Of a stretch of DNA of 64,000 nucleotides, positions 45,859-55,714 are shown one piece after another (the stretch's first letter is position 1; each line of letters opens with the position of its first letter). The position numbers and the translations under genes are program-made. Origin of the DNA: Gemmatimonadales bacterium (GTDB taxonomy: Bacteria; Gemmatimonadota; Gemmatimonadetes; Gemmatimonadales; GWC2-71-9); contig OZ252244.1 of NCBI GenBank assembly GCA_965249575.1, positions 2,688,001-2,752,000 on the forward strand. The letters run 5' to 3'. Under the pieces are notes generated by a model. It did no database searches. It saw only the letters and a list, made by a program, of their open reading frames with translations, and was not told the origin of the DNA.

Positions 45859-45994
45859 ATTGTCCTCGGGTGATAGTTTGACATTCTCGGGCGGTAAAGA
45901 TACTCCGGAGAACGGTTAGGGGTTAGCGTTCGGACACGTGGCCAAACGGTCGTGTGCGTTGCTCACCGAACGACTGGAAACGGAGGCTGCGAAC

Positions 45995-48592
45995 ATGGGG
46001 AGCAGTGCTCTCAAGGCTCTCGCCGCCGTGGCGCTCGCCGTCGTGGTAGAGGGCGTCGGCCCCGCACCCGCACAGGTGCCGACGTTTCGCGACGCGACCG
46101 GCCACGATTTCGGGGAGCGGATCACGCAGCACCATGAGATGCAGCGATACGTGGAGCGACTGGCTGCGACGTCGCCGCGGGTCGTGGCCGTCGACCAGGG
46201 CGCAAGTTGGGAGGGCCGGCGCCTGGTGCTTGCGGTCGTGACGTCCCCAGCGAATCACGATCGCCTCGAACAGATTCGTGAGACCGCGATCCGACTGGGA
46301 GATCCCCGGGCCACGACTCCAGTCGAGGCTCGGGAGCTCAGCTTGCGACAGCCGGTCGTCGTGTGGCTCGGCGGGTCCATTCACGGGTTCGAGTTGTCCG
46401 GGAGCGAAGGGTTGTTGAAGCTGCTCGAGCATCTGACGACCCGGAACGATCCAGCGACGCTCGCCGTCTTGGAGAATGCGGTGGTGCTCGTCGATCCGGT
46501 CCTCAACCCGGATGGCCGGGATGCGTTTGCTCAACTGAACCACCAGAACATCGGGAGGGAACCGAATTCAAAGCGGGAGGATTGGGCTAACGATTTCAAC
46601 GGGTGGGAGGCGATCAAGTTTCGCACTGGGCACTACTACTACGATATCAATCGGGACTGGTTTGCGCACACCTATCCCGAGACCGGCGCGCGCGTCCCAA
46701 CGCTCCGTCGGTGGCGGCCTCAAGTGGTCGTGGATGCCCACGAAATGGGTCCCGACGTCGAGTTCTATTTCGATCCCCCTGGCGATCCGGTTGCTCCCTA
46801 TTTCCCAGATTTTGCATCACGGTGGTTCAAGCAGTTCGGGAAGGACTACGCCGAGGCGTTTGACTCTGCCGGCTTCGAGTATATGACCCGCGAGCGCTAC
46901 AACTATTTCTATCCCGGATACACGACATCCTACGGTAGCTATCAGGGAGCCGTCGGAATGCTGTTTGAGCAGGGGTCGAGCCGCGGTCTCGCGCTCGCGC
47001 GTCCGGACGGGTCGGTGCGTTCGCTCGCGGACGCGTTGGAGCAGCATTACGTGGCCACCTGGACCGCTGTCCGGGTCGCCGCGGAGAATCGCACGGCGCT
47101 CCTGGCGGAATACTATCAGGCCCAGCTCGACGCGGTCGCCGACGGCGCGGCGGGAATCCGACGTTACCTGATCGGCCCCGGGGGCGATCCCAACCTGTTG
47201 GCAGAGCTGGCGGCGATGCTGTATAGAAACGGCATCGAGGTGGACGTGCTCACGGCGCCTGTGACACTGGCGGGCGTGCGCGATCGCGTCGGACGAACAC
47301 TTGGTGAGCGACGGTTCCCGGCCGGCACGTTCGTGGTCGATGCGGCGCAGCCGAGGAACCGCCTGTCTCGAACGCTGCTCGAGCCGGACGTTCCCATCCC
47401 GGCCGCATTCCTAGAATGGGCGCGCGCCCGCGTGGAGCGCGACGAAAACCCGAGATTCTATGACATCACGGCCTGGTCGCTGCCGCTCCTCTTCAACGTT
47501 GACGGATACAGCTCGCCGGACGGCGCGGCCGTGACCACCACCCGTTTCGCGGGTCAGGATCGAGCGATCACCCTGCCGCCAGCGGACCGCGTCCCTTACG
47601 CATACGTCATCGATGGGCGCCAGGCGGCGGCACTGAGCGCGGCCTATCACCTCCGTGCGCAGGGGTACCGGGCCAGCATGACGCTCAAGCCGACACGAGT
47701 CGCGGGCTCGGCACTCGCGAGCGGGTCATTGGTCGTGCGCACGGGACCCAACGAGGCAGGAGTCGGCGGCGCCGTGCGCGATCTCGCGCGGCGGTTCACC
47801 CTGGACGTCCTCGCGCTCCCGACCGGCCTGTCCGACTCCGGCTATCCGGCTCTCGGGTCGGCTGACGTGATCCCAGTCCAAACGCCGGAGATCGCGATGC
47901 TGGCGGAAGACCCCATTCAGGGATACTCGTTCGGGTACGCGTGGTACATGCTCGACCGGCAGTACGAGATTCCGGTTACCCCGCTTCGGGTCAGATCGAT
48001 CGCAAGCACCCGACTCGATTCCTTCAACGTGCTCATCGTTCCCGAGGCGTCGACCAGTGCCCTCACGGCGGCCCTCGGCGATTCGGGGCTCGCGCGCATC
48101 AACCGCTGGATCGCGGACGGAGGGACGTTGGTAGCGCTCGGCCGGTCGGTCGACCTGGTCCGAGAATCCATGGGGGCAGAGGCCCTCCGCTCGTGGTACG
48201 AGACGGAGGATGGGGAGCAGCAACAACGTTTCAACGTGCCTGGCGCGTTCATGCGTGGCACGCTGGACAGCGAGACATGGCTCTCGTCGGGGTACGACGG
48301 CCAGTTGCCCGTATTCGTGAACTCGAGCCGTGTCTACCTCGCGCCCGAAGGCCCGCCCTCATCCCGCCGCCGAGTCGTCGGCCGCTATGGCCAACTCGGC
48401 GACCTGAGGCTGTCGGGCCACGCGTGGATCGAGACGCTCGAGCGGCTTCCCGGAACGGTCTTCGCCTACGAGGAACGGGTGGGTCGGGGACGCGTCATCC
48501 TGTTCACCGAAGACCTCAACTTCCGAGGGTATTGGCGCGGTGCGGACCGGCTCTTCCTGAACGCCGTCGTGCTCGGGCCGTCAGCTCCCTAA
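45995..48592 (+). CDS. M14-family zinc carboxypeptidase-like secreted protein
   Basis: Signal peptide; SIHGFELSG, NPDGR, DINRDW and DAHEMG motifs. Confidence 0.9.
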   Translation: MGSSALKALAAVALAVVVEGVGPAPAQVPTFRDATGHDFGERITQHHEMQRYVERLAATSPRVVAVDQGASWEGRRLVLAVVTSPANHDRLEQIRETAIRLGDPRATTPVEARELSLRQPVVVWLGGSIHGFELSGSEGLLKLLEHLTTRNDPATLAVLENAVVLVDPVLNPDGRDAFAQLNHQNIGREPNSKREDWANDFNGWEAIKFRTGHYYYDINRDWFAHTYPETGARVPTLRRWRPQVVVDAHEMGPDVEFYFDPPGDPVAPYFPDFASRWFKQFGKDYAEAFDSAGFEYMTRERYNYFYPGYTTSYGSYQGAVGMLFEQGSSRGLALARPDGSVRSLADALEQHYVATWTAVRVAAENRTALLAEYYQAQLDAVADGAAGIRRYLIGPGGDPNLLAELAAMLYRNGIEVDVLTAPVTLAGVRDRVGRTLGERRFPAGTFVVDAAQPRNRLSRTLLEPDVPIPAAFLEWARARVERDENPRFYDITAWSLPLLFNVDGYSSPDGAAVTTTRFAGQDRAITLPPADRVPYAYVIDGRQAAALSAAYHLRAQGYRASMTLKPTRVAGSALASGSLVVRTGPNEAGVGGAVRDLARRFTLDVLALPTGLSDSGYPALGSADVIPVQTPEIAMLAEDPIQGYSFGYAWYMLDRQYEIPVTPLRVRSIASTRLDSFNVLIVPEASTSALTAALGDSGLARINRWIADGGTLVALGRSVDLVRESMGAEALRSWYETEDGEQQQRFNVPGAFMRGTLDSETWLSSGYDGQLPVFVNSSRVYLAPEGPPSSRRRVVGRYGQLGDLRLSGHAWIETLERLPGTVFAYEERVGRGRVILFTEDLNFRGYWRGADRLFLNAVVLGPSAP

Positions 48593-48616
48593 GAGCGGCG
48601 CCTTTCAAAGGAGACA

Positions 48617-48949
48617 ATGATGGTCATCACCACGACACCGACCATCCAGGGATATGAGATCACGGAGTACTACGGGATCGTCACCGGCGAAGCGATATTG
48701 GGAGCGAACGTGTTCAAGGATCTCTTCGCGGGCATTCGGGACATCGTGGGCGGACGTTCCGCGGCCTATGAGGAGGAGCTTCGCCGAGCCAGGAGAATCG
48801 CACTCGACGAAATGGAGGCAGAGGCCGAAGACCTCGGTGCCACGGCGATCGTGGGCGTGGATCTCGACTACGAGACCATCGGGATCTCCCGCGGGGGAAA
48901 CATGCTCATGGTCTCGGCGTCGGGTACTGCGGTCAGGGTGGCGTGGTAG
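48617..48949 (+). CDS. YbjQ / UPF0145 family protein
   Basis: [29 protein letters not shown] and [11 protein letters not shown] motifs. Confidence 0.92.
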   Translation: MMVITTTPTIQGYEITEYYGIVTGEAILGANVFKDLFAGIRDIVGGRSAAYEEELRRARRIALDEMEAEAEDLGATAIVGVDLDYETIGISRGGNMLMVSASGTAVRVAW

Positions 48950-49054
48950 GAACGAAGAAGCGAGTGGGGAGTTGCGAGTGGTGAGTAGGGGTTTGGGGTT
49001 GGGGAGCCTGGCTGGGAGTTAGTGCGCGCTTTACACCGATTGCAAGGAGGGAGG

Positions 49055-49936
49055 ATGGCGCGGATTTCGTTGCTGTTGACGGTGTGGATTGGTGCGCTGC
49101 CCGCGGTGGGAGGAGCACAGGACTTCGACGACGTTCAGATCGAGGTCGTCGACATCGCGGGCGGCATTCACATGCTACTCGGGTCCGGGGGAAATATCGG
49201 CGTTTCTGCCGGCGCCGACGGCGTGTTTCTGGTCGATGATCAGTTTGCTCCACTGACCGACAAAATCCGGGCGGCCGTGCGGGGCATTACGGACGGGCCG
49301 CTTCGCTTCGTGCTGAACACCCACTGGCACGGCGATCACACGGGTGGCAACGAGAATCTGGGTAAGGCCGGCGTGCTGATCGTGGCGCACGAAAACGTGC
49401 GCGAACGGATGAGTGTCGATCAGTTCATGGAGGCCTTCAACCGCACGGTCCCCGCCGCGCCGGAAAAAGCGCTCCCCGTCGTCACATTCACCGATGCCGT
49501 GACGTTCTATCTGAACGGCGACGAGATTCGAGCGTTCCACGTCCCCGCAGCCCACACGGATGGTGATGCGCTCGTCCATTTCCGCAGGGCGAACGTGGTG
49601 CACATGGGCGACACGTTCTTCAACGGCCGGTACCCATTCATTGATCTCGCGAGCGGTGGATCCGTTGGTGGAGTCGTGGACGTCGCGGAGCTGGCGCTCG
49701 CGATCATCGATGGCGAGACGAAGGTGATCCCTGGGCACGGGCCGCTTGGCGACAAGGCTTCACTGCGTGCCTACCGGGACATGATCGTGGCCGTTCGGAG
49801 TCGGGTGAGCCGGGCTGTCGATCAGGGGCAGTCGATCGAACAGGTCCTCGCGTCGAAGCCTACCGCCGATTTCGACGGGGAGTGGGGGGGGAACGCCGAG
49901 CGGTTCGTTCGTATCGTTTACGACGATCTAAAGTAA
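49055..49936 (+). CDS. MBL-fold metallo-hydrolase (cyclase-like), secreted
   Basis: NTHWHGDHTGGN, AHTDGD, HMGD and IPGHG motifs. Confidence 0.92.
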   Translation: MARISLLLTVWIGALPAVGGAQDFDDVQIEVVDIAGGIHMLLGSGGNIGVSAGADGVFLVDDQFAPLTDKIRAAVRGITDGPLRFVLNTHWHGDHTGGNENLGKAGVLIVAHENVRERMSVDQFMEAFNRTVPAAPEKALPVVTFTDAVTFYLNGDEIRAFHVPAAHTDGDALVHFRRANVVHMGDTFFNGRYPFIDLASGGSVGGVVDVAELALAIIDGETKVIPGHGPLGDKASLRAYRDMIVAVRSRVSRAVDQGQSIEQVLASKPTADFDGEWGGNAERFVRIVYDDLK

Positions 49937-49989
49937 CGCTGAGAGCGGCGGGTGCCGCAGTGAACGAACATCCATCTCGGGCCCGCCGA

Positions 49990-50688
49990 TCATGAGAGCC
50001 GCTTTTGAAACTCCTGTATTCGACGCGCGTTGGTTCCAACATCGCCGCGTCCCACCCGCGAGACCGACCGCACGTCGATTCGGCTCCCAGCGTGAGTCGG
50101 TCTGATTCGTATCACGACGTCGTCCTTGAATCCGAACCAGCGGGTGGTGGCCGTCGCCTCGATGCGGCCCTCTGCCGAATCGGCCGCTACGATTTCCCAT
50201 CCCATTTCCTCGGCAGTGGTCGGGCCCAAATCCGGATAACCGGCCTGCTGTGCCGCCGCCAACTCCGGTCCCCCGTACTCGGACGGGTTCGGCGCATCGG
50301 CGCGAAGCGGTAGGACGGCCACGAACGCGGGAGGGTCGCCGGTGTCAGTGGTGATGTCGTGTATGGACGGGACGCCTCTCGCGGTACGCTGCCACTGCCA
50401 GGGGACTGCCACGCTCACTAGCCCGATGATCGCGCCCGCGATTCCGAACACGACACCGCGTGGTCGGCGACTGGCCACCGCGGCGACGACCCCGACGACC
50501 GAGAGGAGCGCGGCGCCAGCGGCAGTGTACGCCCCGTAACGGAGCATCGTGAATCCGGTGCGCAATTCCCAGATACCCAAGCGGTACCCAGGTCCCGCGG
50601 CGATGACCGCGAGGCTGCAAGCCCCGGCCAGGAGCAACGCGAGCAGTGCCAGCCGGGCGGCTGGCTGAGCGGTCGATGCGGGCGACAT
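49990..50688 (-). CDS. DUF1499 domain membrane protein
   Basis: IHDITTD..DPPAF, GRIEATATT.WFGFKDDVVIR and DVRSVSRVGRGDVGTNARRI motifs. Confidence 0.88.
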   Translation of the reverse strand: MSPASTAQPAARLALLALLLAGACSLAVIAAGPGYRLGIWELRTGFTMLRYGAYTAAGAALLSVVGVVAAVASRRPRGVVFGIAGAIIGLVSVAVPWQWQRTARGVPSIHDITTDTGDPPAFVAVLPLRADAPNPSEYGGPELAAAQQAGYPDLGPTTAEEMGWEIVAADSAEGRIEATATTRWFGFKDDVVIRIRPTHAGSRIDVRSVSRVGRGDVGTNARRIQEFQKRLS

Positions 50689-50694
50689 GTGAGA

Positions 50695-52118
50695 CGCTCG
50701 ACGATCCTGTGGCCCCGACCCGGTACCGTTTGGACGGCGAATGGCGGGCTCTGGATTGGCGGGTCGAAGAATACCGCAGTCCACGCGGCCAACTGCTGGC
50801 CGCCGATACGTTTTACGCGACGCACCGCGGACCGATGCTCACGGTCGACGGCGATGCCTTGTTGGTTCGATGGACGGTCTTGGAGGACTCGTTTGAGTCC
50901 GAAGCTCTGATGGATGTGGCCGCGGCCGGGAGTGTCGATGAGGTTCTGCGCGCCATGGAGCGATATGGCGCGCCCGCGCAGAACATCGTCGTTGCTGACC
51001 GGGACGGGCATATCGCACTGCGCTCGACCGGCCGCTTTCCCCTGCGGCCAGGTCTCGGCGACGGCACGAGATTCCACGAGGGTGACACCAGTGCCAGCGA
51101 CTGGGTTGGCCAGCGGCCCATCTCGGACTATCCCGTGGCTCGGAACCCGGATCAAGGTTTCGTTGCGTCGGCGAACCAACAACCAATCGATCCGGCTGTT
51201 GACGACACGTACCTCGGAGCGCATTGGACGTCGCCGTGGCGAGCCCTCAGGATCAACCAATTACTGAGAGCGGACTCGGCGGTGACACCAGACCACATGC
51301 GCCGGTACCAGACGGATCCCGGCAGCCCGCGGGCCGACCTGTTCGTGGCGGCCTTCGTGGCCGCCGCGCTCGAGGTCGACATGTCCCCCCCTGAGCCTTC
51401 GGACGCTGCGGCGGAAGAGACTCGCAGCAACGTGGCCGAAGCGGCCTCGCTTCTTCGCGAGTGGGATCGCCGATATACCAGAGGAAACGAGCGGGCCATC
51501 CTGTTCGAGCTGGCGATGAGCGAACTCGAGTTCCGTGCGTGGGACGAGCTCGTCGCCGACGAGCCGGACGGCGTCGGTGGACGTTTCGTGGCGAAGCCGC
51601 GGGAAGCCGTTCTCGCCCGCCTGCTGCACGACCCAGAGAGCGCATGGTGGGATGATCGCCGCACGCCGGACGCGCGGGAGGACCGGGACGACGTGCTCCG
51701 CGCCAGCCTCGGGGCGGCACTCCTTGCAGCGAAGGCACCCTACGGGAACCCGAAAGACGGCGGCTGGCGGTGGGACGGCATCAGGCACGTCAATATCCAT
51801 CATCTCATCCGCCTGCCACGGCATTCCGCGTTGGGGTTGCCGGTCCGCGGCGGACCGTCGACTCTCAACCCATCGTCCGGTAACGGTACCTATGGCGCGA
51901 GCTGGCGGATGGTCGTCGAGCTCGGCCCGTCAGTGCGTGCGTGGGGCATTTACCCGGGCGGCCAGTCGGGCAACCCGGTCAGCTCCCGGTACCTCGATCG
52001 CCTGCCGCGTTGGATCGAGGGCAAGCTCGATTCGCTGAGGGTACCGCATTCGCCCCGTGATCTCATGGCGCGCGACGTTACCTCGTTCTTATCTCTCTCT
52101 CCGAGATCCCCCGAATGA
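50695..52118 (+). pseudogene. 5'-truncated penicillin acylase (S45) family gene
   Basis: THRGP, PAQNIVVADRDGHI, GFVASANQ, GASWRMVVEL and PGGQSGNP.S motifs; no alpha subunit and no SNNW nucleophile region. Confidence 0.8.
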
Positions 52119-52495
52119 GCGTCCAATCGATCGTGACTGGCTCGACTCTCGGGCGCGGTGCGTTTACGCTGCGGATGGGGCTGCTGGCCGGTGCCTTTGC
52201 CCTGGCGACGGCGTGGTTCGGGTGGATGGCTGTTCCCGCGCTCGGTCTCGCGTGGGGTTGGGTTGACCGCTCGGGCGCATGGCCGGCCTGGACTGCGGGA
52301 GGGAGCGCGGGACTCGCCTGGTCCGGCTGGCTACTCTGGAGCGGGATCGATGGGCCGGTGCTCGAGCTGGCCGATAGGGTCGGTGCCGTTGTGCGGGTCC
52401 CGGGACCGCTACTGCTGCTTGCGACCATTGGTTTCGCGACCATCTTGGCAGCGAGCGGCGCGGCGTTCGTGCGCTGGGCTTCGCGTCGAGAGTAA
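52115..52495 (+). CDS. Small membrane protein
   Basis: Hydrophobic; ATGA-coupled to the upstream gene. Confidence 0.6.
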   Translation: MSVQSIVTGSTLGRGAFTLRMGLLAGAFALATAWFGWMAVPALGLAWGWVDRSGAWPAWTAGGSAGLAWSGWLLWSGIDGPVLELADRVGAVVRVPGPLLLLATIGFATILAASGAAFVRWASRRE

Positions 52496-52556
52496 GTGTT
52501 GCGGAGTGCGCGGCCCGTTGGGATGGTCCTAAACTCTCTTCATTAAGGAGCCACTG

Positions 52557-53021
52557 ATGCGTATGCGGGCGCCGAACGGCTCCCTTCCGATTCTGCTGCT
52601 GGTCTCCCTTGGGGGGTGTACGCTGTATTCGGCGGAGCAAGAAATCGAGCAGGCGGTGCGCGTATTCCTCGGAGCGTTCAATGCCGGCGACGTCGATGCG
52701 ACCATGGAGCAGTACATCTCCACTCCTGGAGCGTCGACCACGGGTGATGGGATACTGACGGTGGGACGGGACGCCATCGAGGAAAGGATCCTCGAAGCGT
52801 ACCAGCAGCTCGGTAGGATCGAGATTCGCCCTGACAGCATTCACGCCACGCTCATCGGCGATCACGCAGCGGTCACGTTCTTCGAGTATACGGTGTTTAC
52901 GGGGGAGGGCGACTCGTCCCGACAAGTCCGTGGGGCCATGACCATCACGTGGGAACGCACTCCGGAGGGATGGCGGGTCGTAAACGACCACACCAGCAGT
53001 TTGAGCGGTGTCCTGAGGTAG
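52557..53021 (+). CDS. NTF2/SnoaL-like (DUF4440-type) lipoprotein
   Basis: LGG-C lipobox; AFNAGDVDA, GRDAI and WERTPEGWRVVNDHTS motifs. Confidence 0.8.
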   Translation: MRMRAPNGSLPILLLVSLGGCTLYSAEQEIEQAVRVFLGAFNAGDVDATMEQYISTPGASTTGDGILTVGRDAIEERILEAYQQLGRIEIRPDSIHATLIGDHAAVTFFEYTVFTGEGDSSRQVRGAMTITWERTPEGWRVVNDHTSSLSGVLR

Positions 53022-53153
53022 CCCGAGGCGAAGAGCGTTCGGCTGGGCTCAGTCCAACGCCAGGGCGCGAGTCCTCGGAAACCGTCCGCTGGCGCAAGTT
53101 GAGTCGTCGGGGGCGACGGGCGGGACTATCCGACAGTAGGACCAGGGGAAGAC

Positions 53154-53621
53154 ATGACCTCAATGCGAGTCATCTGTGCCTGGTGTGGTAGACTGCTGAG
53201 AGATGGTCCGTCAGGCGGAGGTACGTCCTATGGGCTCTGCGCCAAATGCGCTCACGAGACTGGCGTGCTTCCTGTCGAGGATTTCGGAGACCTGTCGCGA
53301 GAGGAGCTCGATCGCCTGCCTTTCGGCGTGATCGAGGTAGACCGAACGGGGACAGTGCGTGGGTATAACGCGGCCGAACAGCGTTTGAGTGGGCTCGACC
53401 CGAATCATGTGGTGGGCAAGAGTTTCTTTACCGACATTGCGCCGTGCACACGAGTGCGGGAGTTCGAAGGGGAGTTTCACAAGGTGGCAGCTGGTGAAAT
53501 CGACCATGCAAGCCTCACCTTCGTATTCAAATTCAGCTCCGCGGAGGTTGTGGTGAGTGTGGGGCTGACCTACGACGCGCGTCGAGATGCCGGCTCGATC
53601 CTCGTGCAGAAGGTGGGCTGA
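53154..53621 (+). CDS. pyp: Photoactive yellow protein-like PAS domain with an N-terminal Cys4 zinc-finger-like extension
   Basis: LDRLPFGVI.VD..G.V..YNAAE..LSG.DP..VVGKSFF.DIAPCT; N-terminal CAWC...GLCAKC. Confidence 0.8.
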   Translation: MTSMRVICAWCGRLLRDGPSGGGTSYGLCAKCAHETGVLPVEDFGDLSREELDRLPFGVIEVDRTGTVRGYNAAEQRLSGLDPNHVVGKSFFTDIAPCTRVREFEGEFHKVAAGEIDHASLTFVFKFSSAEVVVSVGLTYDARRDAGSILVQKVG

Positions 53622-53687
53622 TCGAAGCGGAAAGCTGGTGAGGAAGCCGCTCTCGGTTTTTGGGCAACACTCCAATTAGGGAGCACG

Positions 53688-54209
53688 ATGGCCACGTTTA
53701 GCTCATTCCTCGATGAAACGCTCGAGGCCTGGCGCCACGCTCGCCACGGAATCATCGACGAGGTCCGCAACATCCCTGCCTCCAAGTTCGACTTCCGGCC
53801 GACCCCCGAAGCCAAGAGCGTCCGGGAGCTAGTGCAGCACATTCTCGAAGTGTCCATGATGATGACCGGTGAGCTCACGCGTCCGGATACCGATCTGATG
53901 CGGCTGCCTTGGCCGAAACTGCTCAGGAAGTACGCCGGCGCCGCGTATCGCGCTAAGACGAAGGAGGCGCTGCTGAGCCTGCTCCGGTCGCAAATGAGAG
54001 ATGCAGAGCGTCGATTTCGAAAGGCGGGCGATCTGTCGCAGTGGCAGTGGATGAAGCGATTCGACGGGGTGTTGGGCACCAAGATGCAGTGGCTGCATCA
54101 CGGTATTGCTCAGGAGATGTATCATCGCGGCCAGCTGACCGTATACGAGAGGCTGCTCGGATTGGAGCCGGCGCTGACAAAGAGGATCAGGGAGTCTGTC
54201 GCGGAATGA
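53688..54209 (+). CDS. DinB-family protein
   Basis: FDFRPTPEAKSVRELVQHI and EMYHRGQLTVYERLLGLEP motifs. Confidence 0.88.
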   Translation: MATFSSFLDETLEAWRHARHGIIDEVRNIPASKFDFRPTPEAKSVRELVQHILEVSMMMTGELTRPDTDLMRLPWPKLLRKYAGAAYRAKTKEALLSLLRSQMRDAERRFRKAGDLSQWQWMKRFDGVLGTKMQWLHHGIAQEMYHRGQLTVYERLLGLEPALTKRIRESVAE

Positions 54210-55643
54210 CCAGCACGCGAGTTACGAGCACGGCGGCCGAGCGGCTCCAGCCCATACTCACTACCACGGACAGGCTGAGCGTGAGTCCGCCCGGAGATCT
54301 GTCGATCGAGGGGTGTACGGCCGGCGAATTGCTGCAGCGCTTCGGGTCTCCTCTTTACGTGATATCCGAACAGACCCTTCGCGCGAACTACCGGCGCATC
54401 AGGGACGCGTTCACCGACGTGTGGCCTGCCCCCGTGAACATCCTCTACGCAATCAAAGCCAACAACAACCTCGCGATCCGCGCGATCCTCAGCCAGGAAG
54501 GGGCGGGCGGCGACTGTTTCGGCGAGGGAGAGCTCAACGCGACGTTCTGTGGCGGCGCCGATCCCGCTAAGGTCGTCCTCAACGGGAGCAACAAGGGGGA
54601 TGCGGAGTTGCGGCGCGCCGTGGATCTCGGCGTTACGGTCAACGTGGATGCCGAGGACGAGATCGACCGGCTCGTCCTGCTGTCGAGCGAGCTGGACAGG
54701 GTCGTCAGGGTCAAGTTACGGCTCAAGCTCCTCCGGCCGGCATTCGCCGAGACGCAGACCGACTACTTTGGCGGTGGGCGCGGGTTGTTGGAATACGTGC
54801 GACGGGTGAAGTGGGGCTTCTCGCTCGACGCGGCCGAGCCTCTCGTGCGCAGGCTACGTGAGATCGAGGGTCTGTCATTGCGGGGGTACCACTTCCACAT
54901 CGGCCGTGCCTCGCAGTCGCTCGAGTTCCAACAGGTGTGGGCGCGTGCGTTGGCTGACGCTGTCGCGGAGCTACACTGTCGGACCCAGTTCGCCCCGTCG
55001 GTGATCGATGTCGGCGGCGGATGGCCCCGAGAGCGCGACCCCGAGTCTCGCTCGCTGGATCTCAATCCCGTGGGGGTCGAGGACTACGTAGGTGCCACTT
55101 GTGGAATCCTCCTTGAGGGGTTGGAACGGGAGGGCCTGCCAATCCCGGAACTCTGGACCGAGCCCGGACGGTATGTCGTCGGAAACGCCGTCGTCCTGCT
55201 TGCCACGGTCGGCGCCATCAAGCGGGACTGCGGCCTCACGTGGGTCAACGTGGACGCCAGCACCAAACGACCTCCCACGCGTTGATACCAGCGCGAGCGC
55301 TTACCATATCGTTCCGGCGTCCGCGATGCACCGAGATGCAACTGAAAAGGTCACGATCGTCGGCTCGACCTGCACGGACTCCGTGTTGGGCGAAGACCGG
55401 ATCATGCCGGAAATGCGGCGCGGAGACCCGATCGCGATACTGGACGCGGGCATGTACGCCGAGACGGCGTCCTCGCAATTGAACGGCGTTCCCCGACCCG
55501 CGACGGTTCTGGTTAACGGTCCGACCGTGGAAACCGTCAAGGAAAGGGAGACCGTTGACGATGTGTTCGCGAAGCATCGGATTCCGGAACGGTTAAGGCG
55601 TGGGAGGGGAGCCGGTGCGGATATGGATATGAGGAATACGTAG
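54206..55643 (+). CDS. Diaminopimelate decarboxylase-like PLP enzyme (one +1 frameshift near 55265)
   Basis: YAIKAN, KWG, HFHIG, IDVGGG and EPGRY motifs; continues in the next frame with GSTC..S and DAGMY. Confidence 0.8.
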
Positions 55644-55714
55644 GGGCGCCCCACGATTTCTCACTCCCGTATATTGCTCGTGGCCTGAACTAGAGTGCGA
55701 CGGGTAACCTATTG

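Noticed and set aside
54206..55643. Assigning the symbol lysA
   Set aside because: Fold-type III decarboxylase motifs are clear, but substrate specificity cannot be determined by eye.
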